Sequence record: NC_027364.1
DNA: 64,000 nt
Reading direction: 5' to 3' (one strand)
How positions within the stretch are numbered: the stretch's first letter is position 1; each line of letters opens with the position of its first letter. The translations under genes and the position numbers were made by a program. The notes under the pieces were generated by a model. That model saw only the letters and a program-made list of their open reading frames with translations. It was not told the DNA's origin and made no database searches. Below, piece by piece: positions 11,601 through 26,600 of the stretch.

Positions 11601-14600
11601 CCATCTAAATTAATGTTTCCAAATGATCCACCAGCAGAAGTAGGATTACCGTTCATATCTTTAATGATCATAGTAGCGGAGTAGCTGGACATAATTTTGT
11701 TTCCTTTTAGTATCGGGGAGAACTATTCTCCCCTTGATGTAAACTATTATACAGTACTAATATACTTTGTCAATACTTAATTACGTTTAAAATGATATGT
11801 GCCTTTATCATCCTGTACGCCCCATACTGATTTACCATCAACACCAGTGAAGCCGGATTGTAATTCAATATGGAAACCATTATTATCAACTACAAAAACT
11901 TTTTTATTTTCATCCCGATAACATTGATATTCTGAATCAACATTAAAGGCCGCATCATTCAGAAGATTGGAAGCGTAAATGCAAGTCATTGTAGTCATGA
12001 TTTTATTCCTTATTGCCAGGGAGAACCGTTTCCCCCTCTCGATATAAAACATTATACTTGATTCTAAGTACAATGCAAGTACTTTTTTAAAATAGTTTTC
12101 AGTACTGAATACTTATATAATAGATACACTTCCGCACCCTATGGGTCAGTGAGTTATCTCTCAATGAATATATAATAGCAAAGGGACTGACCGGAGTCAA
12201 TCCCTTTTTTAATCTTTTTTATCGTGTTATAGTTACGGCTTTTACATCACGCTTTTTATAGTACTGATTCCAGATATTGCGGGTTAAACCGTAATCAAGT
12301 ACTTTAATAAGGCCGTTGCGATCCTGGCCGATATTCTGTTTTCTGATATCTCTTATCGTTAGTGTTGACAGTGTATCATCAACGTGTTGTAGTGCATCAG
12401 CAAAGCGGTGCTGGCGTTCAATAGCATTACGTTTAATATTGTACTTTAATTCGTTGCACGCGTTAACGTGCTTCACACTGCCTTTACTTGCAGTACTCAA
12501 CCGATCCATAACAATAAACATATTATCAGGATCGCTTAAATGCATATGCACTTTAGCGAAGAACTGTTTCAACTGAGGGCGGTCATAGTCTAAAAAATTC
12601 CATACCCTACATTCTGTTTCATTTTGTTCTACACCCGCATCACAATTCGCGACCTTGATCACTAACCGATCATTTAAAGCGAAAACTATACGGGAAGAAC
12701 CCGCACCGATGATCTCCAGACCAGCTAACCGACAAGCTGAAAGGATCTCTTTGTTGGTTTCCATTGCTGACAGGGTACGGATGAATTTAGTATAATTACG
12801 CATTGCATGTTCTCCTTGAGTTAATGAAACTATCTTACAGTACTTTACTATCAATGGCAACTACTTTTTTTACACTAACCGCGTGAATCACTTCCTTAGT
12901 GTTTTTAGTACTGAATACTTTCGCCGTGCCTTGTTCTACTGCAATACGATAACGACCGTTAACATCAACCATATTAATAAAGTCCGGTGTACTAAACCGA
13001 GTAGTTTTACATTTCAGTACTGTTAACAGTTCCACCAGCGATGTGGTTTCTTTGATACGTTTTTCTAAAGTAATCATTTTGTTTTCCCCGTGTTGGTATG
13101 TACATATAGTACTAAAACATTTGAGTACTGTCAACGTGATATTAGTTTTATTTTCTTATTATATTGTTGATGTTCATAAAGGTTTATCTTTCCTGTGTTC
13201 TCTATTACTATTCTGTTGTTAGTGTCTACATCGATTACACGCAGTTTTCCGTTGCTTAACTTCCTTGGTAATAGGTTACCATTAATAAACTCATTAGCAA
13301 GCTGTACGGCCTTTGTGATGATTCTCTGAGGTGCTTTATAGTGTACCCGCAAGATATTATCTTTAGATAGTTGTACCTTAATCATTTTAGTTTATCCTAT
13401 AAAAAAGGCGGGAACTGATCCCGCCGTGTTGTTAGTACTGCAAGTTATTAGATAACCTGTCGGCGTTTACTATATACTGTTACACGATTACCCTTACGGT
13501 CGTGTCGGATCTCTTTCTGGTTGCGTACCAGTTCACTTGGACGCTTCAGGTTTGCCAGGTGATCCGCGTGAGTCCAAGCGGTATGGTTTGTCTGTACTTT
13601 GATATCAGAATCAGCGATAAACTCATCTTGTGCATCAAGTATTGACGCCAGTAAATCCGCTCGTTTTAGTTCTGCTGCTGTTAGTACTGGCTCCGGTGAA
13701 TTCACAATATCAGAGATCTCTTTGAACTGTACGGCCCAGCGTTGACCTTTCGGTGCATCTTTGCCCATGTCTTTAAATGTTTCGCCTTCCTCGCGTGCAA
13801 CAATACGGGCAGCTTCACGGGTAGCGTAGAATTTAGTAATCATGGTATACATCCTATTAGTTGAGTTAGTACTACAAGTTAGAGTCTATTATAAAGTACT
13901 ATCTGGGCAATGTCAAATAGTACTTTAAATGGATTCTATTACATGTCTTTCTTACGTTTTACATCGTGGTAGCGAACTGTTATTTCTTTGTTGATCTCTT
14001 CCTCGATGCGGTGAATAACTGTTTCTTTCGGGTTGAAACCTATAACGGTTTCTTTAATGATCTCCAAGCCCGTGTATTCTCCTTGTGTACCGTAACCGTA
14101 AGTAAAGGTTTCATGTCCCAGGTCTTCCCAGCGGTCGCCAATTAACGCGGACACGTAGCAAGAGTGGTAAGTGTTACCGTTCCGATCAGTCCAGCGATTA
14201 ACTTTAATGTCAAAGGAGGTTACAATTTTCAGTTCTACTTTCTGGGTAAGGATCATAGCCATTTTTATTTCTCTCTCTCTTTGTTAGGAGGGGAACCGTT
14301 TCCCCTCGCTTGATGTAAACTATTATACAGTACTAAGATACTTTGTCAATACTTATTTTTTGGAAAGTTTACGCATTAATTCTACGCTTTCTTGTGAACG
14401 TTTTGCTACCTGGCAATCTGTATGGGTAGTAAACATTTTTGTATAGTCTGACGGTTTGCCACCGAACCGAGCGGCACGCTCACGGGCACTTGGAACTAAT
14501 ACGATTTCTTTCTTACAGATAGTGCACTTAGCCATTTTTATTTCTCTCTCTTTGTTAGGAGGGGAACCATTCCCCCCTTGATGTAAACTATTATACAGTA

Positions 14601-17600
14601 CTAAGATACTTTGTCAATACTTAATTATTGTAAATGCAGTGAATAGTGATAAAGTTTTTACGACCGTAAACCTGCAAATCAATATCAATGTAGTGCTTAT
14701 CAAGTACATCCTCGACGCTTAACGCGGTGTCGTGAATATCTTCGTAGAATTGAGGATCTACAATCTTGCTTAAGTCATCCGGCGTTAACTTATCGTTAAG
14801 CCATTGAACCGCCTGGATATCTGCTTCACGTTTCCAGTCTTCCAGGTTAGTAGTCAGTACTTGCTCGATTTCGTTAGCTGTCAGTAGAATCCGCATTTTT
14901 ATGTTTCCTTATCAGTAGTTGATGTAAGTATTATACTCGTTTACTTTCTATTGTCAATCTTTTTTTATCAGGGGAGTTTTTCGTATGTCTTACTCCTGGA
15001 CTACTTAACGGGGTTACTTGTTTTGTTCCCCGTCCTGATGTAAAACATTATACTTGATTCTAAGTACAATGCAAGTACTTTTTAAAAATAGTTTTACTTA
15101 CTCATATTAACAGGCTTGAACGGTGGCAATGTAAGATCATGCGGGGTTAAACTATCATGCTTTGCCCACATACCGGAATCCCTACGGAATAATACCTTAT
15201 TGTTTTTTATACGATAAAAGTTACCATTATCAGTGTTTTTGTACCATATCATTTTCATTTACTCCTGGTTATGTCGTTATTAAACATTATACGGGGTTAT
15301 AGATAGTTTTCAAGTATATTTCAGTACTAGCCACCAGCATATAATAGATACATTTATGCACCCTATGGGCTGATTTTTTTCTATGCGTATATAATAGCAA
15401 AGGGACTGACCGGAGTCAATCCCTTTTTTAATTCTTTTTAAACTTCTTTCGGGTTGCGATATGTGATAGCGTTCGGGTACATTTGTTTAATGTTATTCCA
15501 TGCCTGGTTAACATTGTAACCACTTGAGCGAATCAGTTGGTTACTACCGACACCTTGAAACACTACTTCGAATAAGAATTCTTTCATGCTTTCACCTCGC
15601 TATCTGCTTTACCTTTACGCCAGGACATTACTAATTGTTCGCGTTGCCATAAATCGAGTGATACAAAAAGTTTTGCGGTATCACTTTTAGGATACTCGCC
15701 AGTAGTACCTAACCGATAAAACAGATCTTTCAGTACTGATAATTCTACTTGAATCATTTTATTACTCCTGATTGATTTAATACTTCTACTATTGCATGAA
15801 TGATCATAAGTACAGCTAAAACAATAATCATCGGATTCATTTGCATAAGCTGTACTCCTTCTATTAATCTTTCAGCCAATGATCTTGAATGAATTTTTCA
15901 CAGAATCCCTGTTTCATGGATTCCAACAGGCGTTCGCGGTGAGCGTTTGCGAATTGCTCAGTACTATGCGTTACGCCAGGCTGATAACGTGATACCCCAT
16001 CCGGTCCGATGTATTGTACATCCCACGGTTTTTCGTTAGTATCAGACCATTTACGAACGATTAGTTGACCTTGCATTTTTCTTTCCTCTCAGTGGGGAGA
16101 ATCATTTCTCCCCTTCATGTAACTTATTATACAGTACTAGATTATCTTGTCAATAGTTTTTATTCACCTTGTTTGAATTTAGTTTTCTCCATTGATTCCA
16201 TGATTGCAACCAATACGCCGTGGATCTCGCTTAACGCGGAATCACTGAAAGCATTAATGAATAGTCGATCATTCTCGCGAATATTTTTAATGTACTTTTC
16301 AGCAGTAGTTGCGAATTCATTCAACGGTAGATCAAATGCTTTATCCCATGATGGATGGCGTAATTGTAACAGTACTGGATTATCACGATCACCAGGGGAA
16401 AACGTACCAGTGATGAAACATACGCCCGGAATACTTTCGAACTGGCAACGGACTTCCTTTGTGATAGTAGTATGAATGTACATTTATTGTTATCCTCTAT
16501 TAAATTAATATTACAGTTTATGAATCAATTCTTTATCTAAGCGATAGCGTACATTATTAATAGTAACGGCATTGTTTTTAATGCTACGCTGTACAGGTCC
16601 ACCAGCAATAACAAATGTTGCTTTATTACCCCGAACAATGATAGCACTTCCAGGATTACCGAAATCATCTTGTACTAAAATACTTGATAAGTTTTCCATT
16701 TTCATTTCCTCTTAGTAGGGGAAGATGTTTCCCCTTGATGTAAGTACTATAACACTACTGGATAGTACTGTCAATACTTTTTATCTCATAGATCTATGCC
16801 AACAATTACGCGGGGGACGTTTAAAAGTACTATCATGATCCTCCTGGCAAGTTATGCAGTACTTACATCCCTTAACGGCCTGGCGTCGTTTCTCAGGGAT
16901 TATATCGCCGCAGTCGAGGCAATGTATCAGTGATTCTATTTGTGCGTTAATTTGCTTTCTAGCGTGGTTAACGGCGGCCTGAATCACTGCGTTAATCTCG
17001 TCTTGTTCGGCCCCATCTTTCGCGAATCCTACAGCCATTATTTTAACCTCATTATAAAAATACTATAGTACTGTAATGCGACAATAATATTACTTGTTCT
17101 TACTTTTTCCAATCCACATGATACCACATATTCATCCCCATATGTGCGGAACGATACACCATGAAAATTTTTATACACTTGCACTACTAATCATAACCTT
17201 TCGTCTAACCAACTGCATAGAATTATACTACTTTACGCAAATTGATCAAGTATTGATCAGATCATTTTTTGATCAATATTATACAGTTACATTTGTGCAC
17301 CCTATGGGTTAGTGACGTTCTCGTCTTGATGTAAGTATTATGCCAGTACTTGATGATATTGTCAATAGTTTATTTTAATTTTTTTCTGTCATTGATTAAT
17401 GCTTTCAGTACTATACTAATGATTTGCAATGATTCATCAATGACTATAAAATTATTCTCTTTCATTAGATGATAGTTACCATTGATTGTATATTCTAAGG
17501 AGTACTGTTTACGTTTAATTTTTGATAATGTTTCTATTTGTTTTTGTACTGATTTCATGCTAATCATTGTTAAACGTCCTGTAACGCATTCTAACGAGAT

Positions 17601-20600
17601 AAACGGTTTAGTACTGGCATTGTATAGGGTAATGAATTAAAGCCCACCAGCGTTAACCAGTGGGCTATAATCTTACATCTTGCGGATAATCTTAACAGTA
17701 TCTTTCACCGATTTACCGTCTTGCTGGCATTGCTCGATCATTGCGTATTGTTCTGCTGTAAGATCCTCGCCAGTTTTTGCCAGTACTGCGTCGATGAATG
17801 AATCCAGTGCGATCATTTTGTTTCTCTCTTAGGTTAAGTTAACTACTGTTTATAAAACTTATTATACAGTACTATCAAACGTTGTCAATATCTTTAATAG
17901 TACTGGTAATATATTTTAGCGGTAATCGTCGTATGCTTTATTCACCTGGCGAATGTAACTTTCAAAGGCTTCGTCTACCGTTTCATACTCCCGAACATAA
18001 TCACCATAGGAAACTACATACATACCTTTTTGATCTTCAAACGACATGATGATAGAATCCAGGCCGATGATTTCAGTTTTTGCGATGATAGCCATTTTTA
18101 ATTCCTTAGTAGTGTAGTTGATAAAAGTTATTATGCCAGTACTATCAATCAGTGTCAATAGTACTGTGATAATATTTTTTAGTTAATAATAGTCAGTGTA
18201 AAATTGTAATCCCCTGCCTGGTATAGTACTTTATCGCCGAACGTTCCAACACGTTTCATATTGCAATAGATACCCATAACACTTTTTACATCTTTGATAT
18301 TCCGAACGCCAGTAATATCCTTGTTTAAATGATCGTGATCAGAAAATAAAACTTGTTTTGCATTTTTCAGTACAGTGCAGATATTAGCCATTTTGTTTTC
18401 TCTCTGTTAGTGGGGAGAATCATTTCTCCCCTTCATGTAACTTATTATACAGTACTATAATCTATTGTCAAACTATTTTTTTATATTATTCGAAATCTTC
18501 TGGACCGGACTGATAATCATCTTCACCGTATGCACTTTCTAACTTCTCGCCAGTGTGATCATCAGTTAGTGAATCATCCTCATAATTCACGTCTACGCCT
18601 ACAATGTAAAACTGGCTATCGTCTGGATCATTGAAATTAATTTTCTGAATGTTTACAATAACTGTATTGATGCCCAGGACACAGCCATCAGCCGTTACAA
18701 AGTACTGATAGTTTTCACAACCGCCTGAATTGAAACCGTAATTGATTTCGGCCCGACCATCATTTAAACGCAGTGCCTGGGCGATGATTTCGTTTTCAAA
18801 GTTAGATTGAGCAATTGAGATAGTCATGATTCGTTTCCTTATTACTAGGGGAAACCGTTTCCCCTTTCGATGTAAAACATTATACGCTTATTGAGATAGT
18901 TTGCAAGTACTTTTTATCAAATACTTTAAAATAGTTTTCAGTACTCAAACATTATACAATAGATACACTCCTGCACCCTGTGGGCTAGTGAGCTATCTCT
19001 CAATGATTATATAATAACAAAATGGCTGACCGAAGTCAACCACTTTTTTCATTTATTTTTTAGCTTTAAGTACTGCGGCCTTTCGTGTCATGCCTTGCTT
19101 GATGTATTCCTGTACTTTCGCTTTACGTGCTTTAGCTTTATCTGCTTTAGTTTTAGGAGTACTGTAAACTATACCGTTAGGATTCATTTAAATCACCATA
19201 AAGAATAGATAGGTTACTAACAACGCCGCGATCAATGCACCGACCAGGGCCGAACTGTAATAAGCTAAGGATCTCATTTTTTAGCCTGAAAATAATGTTT
19301 AATTTGTGCGGCGGTCAGTGCACAATTACGCAGGAAGTTTTCTGTATAACTGCGGCGAGTATTAAAAGAGAATTGACCTTTACCGTTACCGATAGTTACA
19401 TCCATCCGAGCGTTGTATTGTTTCATTTTGTATCTCCTGTTATCGGGGAGAATCATTTCTCCCCTTCATGTAAAACATTATACAGTACTAAAAACTAATT
19501 GCAAGTATTATTTTAAACTTTGTGCGACTAATTTCGCACGGTCAATCATATACTGCCATTTTTGGATCTCTTCTGGCAGAAAACGATATTCACCAATAAC
19601 AATAGTGATACACTTTTCAGCTTGGTCAATGTATGTAGTATCAATCTCGACTTGAACGGGTACACGTTCGCCGTATTCAGTCCCTGGGATAATGCAATCA
19701 TTATCATAAGTTACAGTAGTAGTAGTGTCTTTGATTAAAATTGTTTCCATTATACTTTCCTCGTTAGGTGTAAGGGGAACGTTTTCCCCTTCATGTAAAA
19801 CATTATACAGTACTGAAAACTAATTGCAAGTACTTTCCGAAAGTAAATGCTCATACGCTGCATTAACTACATTTTCAATAACCGACTGTACAGAAAGATC
19901 CCCCACGTCCTGGCTATAGTAGAAATTGCTTACAGTGGTGTCATCGTATGCAAATACTTTACCAGGTACTGCATCAATCACATACATATTAACCTTTAAG
20001 ATGTCGATCTTATCCTGTACAGTAAGCATATTAATTAACCTTTTAAGTACTGGCTTAAGTAGTCTTTTTGATCTTCGGTGATTGCAGTCATCTTCCCTAG
20101 TACTGGATTGATGATATAATCCCCTGTAACGTCCTGTAACGCATTCTCAGGCGGTTTAACGGCTGGGGTAGCCATAGCCATTGCCTGGACTTGTTCGACG
20201 CTGTAACGCTCATAAAGGCGGCATTCTTCCGGTGTTAACATAGCATCAGTACGCTTCATCGGTTTAATGATGCTTTCGATCTCATTCAGTACTTGATTAA
20301 CGTTCATGGTATAATCCCCAATATAAGCGGCCTAAATCGACCGCTAACGATGTTTTGATTAATAGGTGTAAGGTTGACGCTCAAACAATGATTGTACGCT
20401 GTACGCCCCGCTAATGGGCTTCGCTGGCAAATCAATTTTATATTGTTCACGCTTAAAGATAATAAAACGGCAATTGTTTTTAACATCAAAATTGATTGAA
20501 CGTTCCAGGAGTTTTCCATCGTGCACAAATACAAGATAACCGCTTGGTACTTGTTTTGTAGAACTGGTTGCAACCATAGACCGACGAACATGTGTACCTG

Positions 20601-23600
20601 CATCGATTAAAGTACTGATATTTTTCATTTTACTATCCTCTTAAGTTGATTTAATTTCTTTCCCCTATGCAGACACTGTATCAAAGTATCTGCATAAAGT
20701 AAAGCTAATTAAAGATCTTTTTTACGTTTTACATCCTGTACAGTACAATGCAACGGGATAGACAAATCATTACACAAACGAGTAAGGGAGGTTTCAACAG
20801 TATCAAGCCCGTCTACTGATTCCTTTAAGAGATCAAACGCCGTTTGTTGATATGCATCTTCATAGCCATAAGTAAATGATTCAACCGCCAGATCATTCAA
20901 ACCGTTATCCAGTTCAACGCTTACATGACAAGAATGATAAGTATTGCCATATGAATCAGTCCAACGTTTACCGTCAACATTGATTGCATGGATTGCAGCC
21001 AGGGAAACGGTATTGATGATAGTTTTAGCCATTTTAGTATTCCTTAAATTAATATGTGTCGTCTTGATAAAATCTATTATGCCAGTACTATCAAACTATG
21101 TCAATAGTACTGTGATAATATTTTTACTTACTTTCTTTCGCTGCTTTATATGTTGCCACTGCCATAACCACATCAGCACGAACAAAGTTTTTAACCGTGT
21201 CACTGTAATAATTGATCGCATCATCTATATCTGCGAACGTCCGATACATACCGCACCAAGATACTTTATAACCTTCTTTCACTTCTGCCAGTTTAACGAT
21301 AGTCTTGTTAACTTTGATTTTAGTAATGATAGCCATTTTAGTTTCCTCATTATCAGGGAGAACCATTTCTCCCCTTGATGTAATGTATTATACTTTATTC
21401 GATTTACTTTGCAAGTACTTTTTTTAATTTAATTCATCCAGGCAAAGGATACGCTCAACGCCCAAATCAGTTAAACTAATCGACGGCACTTGATAGGTTT
21501 CAATGTATGCTACACTTGCCCACTGACCGAACTCATTAACGGCCCAGGTATTCATTGCATTTTGCAATTCCGCACCTGCCTTGTTAGTAATGACTGCAAC
21601 TACTTGTTCGTTGCCAGTAGTACCAGATACGCGAGTAATGATAATAGCCATTGTTTTGATTCCTTTGATTTGGAAGGAGAACCGTTTCCCCCTCTCGATG
21701 TAAAACATTATACGCTAATCTCTTAATCGTGCAAGTACTTTTTATTACTTTTTGCAAAATACTTTAAACGCTCTCAATCGCATTCTAACGACCTTAACGC
21801 CACCAGCTAGGGCGATGTATCAGATAATCAGTTTAATGCGTTAGAATCGATTCTAGGCGGTGCTGGTGGACTGGAATACTACAGACACAAAAAAGCCCAC
21901 TGTTTAAGGTGGGCTAGTGATTCAGTACTTTAATTGTTATGCTTCAACTTTGCGATGAGCTTCGATCCATTCCTCGCGAGTCATACCGCTTTCTTTGATA
22001 GCGTCCAGTACTACCGCAATGCAGTTACCGCGTACAGGAATCATATGTTCTTCCCCGTTATCAAGTACTACAGTAACACGTTCTTGAATCCATTTTTTAG
22101 GTTTAGATTCTGGCTTATCTTCACCATACTTAACCGCCAGGGCTTTATGTGCCATTTCTACAACTACTTCCAGATCCAATCCAGCCACCGCCGCCTGGAT
22201 ACTTTCGATTGTTGCTTGCAGTTCGGCTTCACGGGCTTTTTTCTGTTCTTCCAGTTCTGCTACCTTTTTGGCTTGCAGTTCTTTAGCTTCACTGTACGCA
22301 ATGTTAAAATTGTTGCGTACTGCTTTCATGGTATCGTTATCCAGGTCAGCCAACAATTCAGCAGCAATAACAGTATCGTTTGAAATCAGTGCTTTCAGGA
22401 ATGATTTTACATTAGCCATTTTATAAATCCTCAATTAAAGTTTAGTTTACGTTTATTAGTGTATCAAAGTTTTATCGACGTGTCCAGTTTTTCGTTCGAC
22501 TTACTGGCGGTCTACTTAGTGCTCCCCGTCTTGATGTAATACATTCTACGCCTTTTTGTGGTAATGTCAACTACTATTTTAAAACTATTTTTAAAGTATG
22601 CAGTACTACGATAATACAAAAACAAAAAAGCCCACTGTTTAAGGTGGGCTAGTGATTCAGTACTATATTATAAACAGTTAATTACTCCGGTGTGCGTTAC
22701 TTTCTCAGTATCCATAACCGTGACCGATCCACGCTTAGTACTTACATCGTAATAAATTGTCGTGCTACCTTTTTCGTCTTCTTCATGGAACGGGCCGCTT
22801 TTAAATGCTTCTGGCTGGATCTCTAAATCCTTTAAAACAATCTCGCCAGTACTTTCATCTGTCATCGCAACAGTGCACTGAATGAATTTTTCACTACTTA
22901 CATCTAACGACGCATTAACAGCGAAAGAGGAAACAGATAAAGCCAGGGCGATGATTGCAATTTTCATTTGATTATCCTTAGTTACCAGGGGGAACCGCTC
23001 CCCCGTGCGATGTAAAATATTGTACAGTACTAAAAACTAATTGCAAGTACTTTATGATTTTTTATAAAACATTTCGGCAGTAATATTTTTACCCGTTGGT
23101 TGTACTTTATCCAGAATTTTTTGATGCCCTGGCCGTCCAAATGAATATGATCCGTAAACCGTAAACCAGTAGTTACCCTCAGTGTTTACATGTACAGCAC
23201 AATAGGGAACGCCCCGCGATTCATCACCAATAAAGTGTGATACCGTTCCCGTTACATTAGCAGACGTTGATTTGATTTGTTCAAGCATTTTCTTATTCCT
23301 TAGTTACCAGGGGGAACCGCTCCCCCTATGCAAAACATTATACGCGTTTAAAAACTAATAGCAAGTATTTTAATAAAAAGTATTTGAAAAATAATTGTTG
23401 ACAACTGCATCCAGTACTGGCATAATTACTACATCAAGACGAAACAGTCACTAACCCACCGGGTGCCGAGATCCGTCTATTAAATGATTCAGTACTTAAC
23501 AATAAAGGGGATCAATCGATCCCCTATGTATTACTTAGTAAGGTATAAACAGAAGTCACCTTTATTTGCTACGCCGCCAGTGTAACGCGATGAATAGTTA

Positions 23601-26600
23601 GAAACGTCCTGGACTTCTGCTATTACCAGTGTATCATCATTCAATTCGTCGCAGAAGCAAACGGCTGGATCTTTTACGCCGATCTTGTCGGCATGTTCCC
23701 GCATAGATTTAACCAGTGCTTCCAGTTGAGAAAGAGTAGTGATATTAGCCATTGTATTTTCCTCATTACCAGGGAGAACCATTTCTCCCCTCTATGTAAA
23801 CTATTATACAGTACTGAAAACTAATTGCAAGTACTTTTAATTAAATTCCATAAAATCATTCTCAACGTGCACAACAATTTGATTGTTTTTAAAGTCCGCA
23901 GCGAACTCGATGCAATCATAAACCGCTTTTTGTGTTACAATGCTATGAGTACCAATCGGATTAATAGGGGATTGAATTGTTTCAATCTCGTTCCCTTGCT
24001 CATTAACAATTAAAATATTAAACATCGCTGTTACTCCTGGGTAGTGTTAACTCGATATAAAGTATTATACGCCTTTATTGCTTAGTGTCCAGTACTTTTT
24101 AAAACATATTCATAAACACTACGCACATCATTGATCATCGCCTGGCGGTTAGCAGGTAACGCACCAGGATCGCCACTATCCCAGGCATTGATAAAACTCC
24201 CCAAATCATGAAAGATTTTATTCTGTAAGCCGATTAACTGCAATTCTTTTTCTTCAAGCTCTTTGATACGGTCAATTAAAAGACTCATTAGATAATCCTC
24301 AGTACTTAATTGTAAGATCCGCAACGGTTACAATAGTGCCCGTCTTCCTCGTCATCGTCAACGAATTGACCGACGAAATTATCTACTTTCTCTTTGAGAT
24401 TCTGATAATTGTTTTCAACTTCCTTTAGACGTTCCTGGTAGTATTCCAGGGCTTGCACATACGCCGCCTCAGCCGTTTTCGCTCTTAAGGCTAAATTCAT
24501 GCCACGCGTTTCATCGTACATCCAAAAGCCATCGGTGCACTCACTGATTGACAATGATTTGGTTAACACTTTATAGTCAATTACTTTGCTCATTAGATAA
24601 TCCTCAGTAAAGGCGGGAACCACACCCGCCATTGATTCAGTACTGAATGTTACATTCCAACCATTGCAGCACGGATCGCCGTAGTGCTATACTTGAATCC
24701 GTCCGGTGTTGTAGTAGTACCGTTGGCTTTTAATCTGCGGTACATACATTGGGCCGCAATATCTTTAGTTTTACATTGTGCGATGCAACTTTGAGCAAGC
24801 CGATATAATGACTCACCGTTATTAATCCACAATGAAACATTCCAATGAGTTTTGTTTTTGTGCCCGTTGTAAGTTTTAGTAGTAGCCATTTTTAAATCCT
24901 CGTTTAATTGAGCGGGAGAACCATTCCCCCGCCTCGATATAAAGTATTATACGCTTTTAAACTTAGTTTGCAAGTACTTTTTAAATTAATATGCGATTGA
25001 TTCTACTACGTCATCAATAACATTGAATTGATACTCGTTACCCTCGATCAGTGCCGTGATGTTCTCAGTAGTGAATTGATCCTCATATGCATTCTCTAAA
25101 TCACGGTACAACTTGCGGGACAATTCACGAATAGTATCAGTGAGTAGTTCCTCAAGCTCATTAACTAACGTTTCTTGTTTTGCGGTTAAATCAGTGTAAG
25201 CCGATTCAATGTACCCGCTTACAGTATTCTCATGCGAGTAGTGGGAGTGCGAACGCTTTACACTCATCGCCAAATCATCTTCATTCAGCAAGTGACGGAT
25301 TGAGCGATACTTAGTTAATGCTCTTACCTTGCGTAAAAACTTCACTGCGTCAACGTGGTCAGTACTGATTGATGCACCGTCACCCTGGGACCAAAAACCA
25401 CTGAATTGTATTTCAGCTTCATTAATGCCATATTCCGGTAGTACTGTTTCTTTATAGTATTCAATTTCACTTTCAGAAAAATAATTGTCGTTTGAGTTTT
25501 TTTCACGTTCCCGAACCAGTTCGATAGCTGACGTTTGTTGTTCTGCGTTCAATTCAGAAAAATCCATAACGAAAGTAGTAGTAGTGATAGTTTTCATTTT
25601 GTAACCCTCATTCAGTAGTTGATGTAAGTATTATACGCTTTTAAAAACATTTGTCAAACTATTTTATCAGGGGAGTTTTTCGTGTGCCTTACTCCTGGGC
25701 TACTTAACGGGAAGTTACTTATTTCGTTCCCCGTCCTGATGTAAAACATTATACGCCTTTAAACATAGTTTGCAAGTACTTTTTAAAAATAGTTTTCAGT
25801 ACTGAATATTAAAAAAGTATTGACAGCATTATCAAGTACTGGCATAATATACCACATGACAACAGCTAACCCACCGGGTGCACAATTGTAACTATACTAA
25901 ACTAATTTTTCTATAGATACACTCCCGCACCCTATGGGCTACGGCTTATCTGCCAATGAATACATTATGCCAGTACTGACAAAATAAGTCAATACCGGCA
26001 ATTGTAAAGATTTGTAAACTACTTATACTGCAATCGCGTCCAGGCTATAATAATAATAAGTGCCGTATTGGTGTACTTTATTACCTTTTATTTCAGTACT
26101 GAATGAATCCGAACGATTTGCATATGATGTTAATTTAAAGTACTTTGATTTGCTGATACGTTGCCATACACCACAGATCCGCTGTAAGTAAGTAGTTTTA
26201 TTCGTGGTAGTATCTTTTACGGTTTTAACTTCAGTCATATACATATTAGTCATTTTTATTACTCCAGGTTATAGGCGGGAAGAGTTCCCGCTCTCGATGT
26301 AAAACATTATACGCCTTTAAACATAGTTTGCAAGTACTTTTTATTCAAGTACTGCAATCTTTTTAGTACGGTACACGGTCACGCGGTTGCCCTTTCGGTC
26401 GAGCTTTATTTCTACCACTCGACGCGATACACTATCGGGACTTTTTAAGGCCGCTAACCAGTACTGTAATGATCTGGCTGTACTACGCTTTACAATGGCC
26501 CAACGTTTACCACGTTCCGATTGTACGCCCATATCTTTAAACGTTGCCCCGTCCTGGCGTGCGGCGATCCGAGCTTGTTCACGCGTCGCAAAATACTTAA

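Larger units (their letters stand above)
21887..22664. repeat. Identical 43-bp direct repeats (terminator-like hairpin AGCCCAC..GTGGGCT plus AGTACT) at 21887-21929 and 22622-22664, flanking the H-NS-like gene
   Basis: ACAAAAAAGCCCACTGTTTAAGGTGGGCTAGTGATTCAGTACT read at both positions. Confidence 0.9.

Noticed and set aside
20359-20603. ORF 20304..20603 as a separate gene
   Set aside because: It overlaps 20359..20628 in another frame, and the latter has the RBS and start context.
24986-25597. Naming this gene ocr or ardA
   Set aside because: Only the acidity matches; no alignable family motif.
14967-25740. Hammerhead or other known ribozyme for the three-copy RNA motif
   Set aside because: The CUGAUGA core is not present in the required position on either strand. 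It is kept only as an unknown motif.
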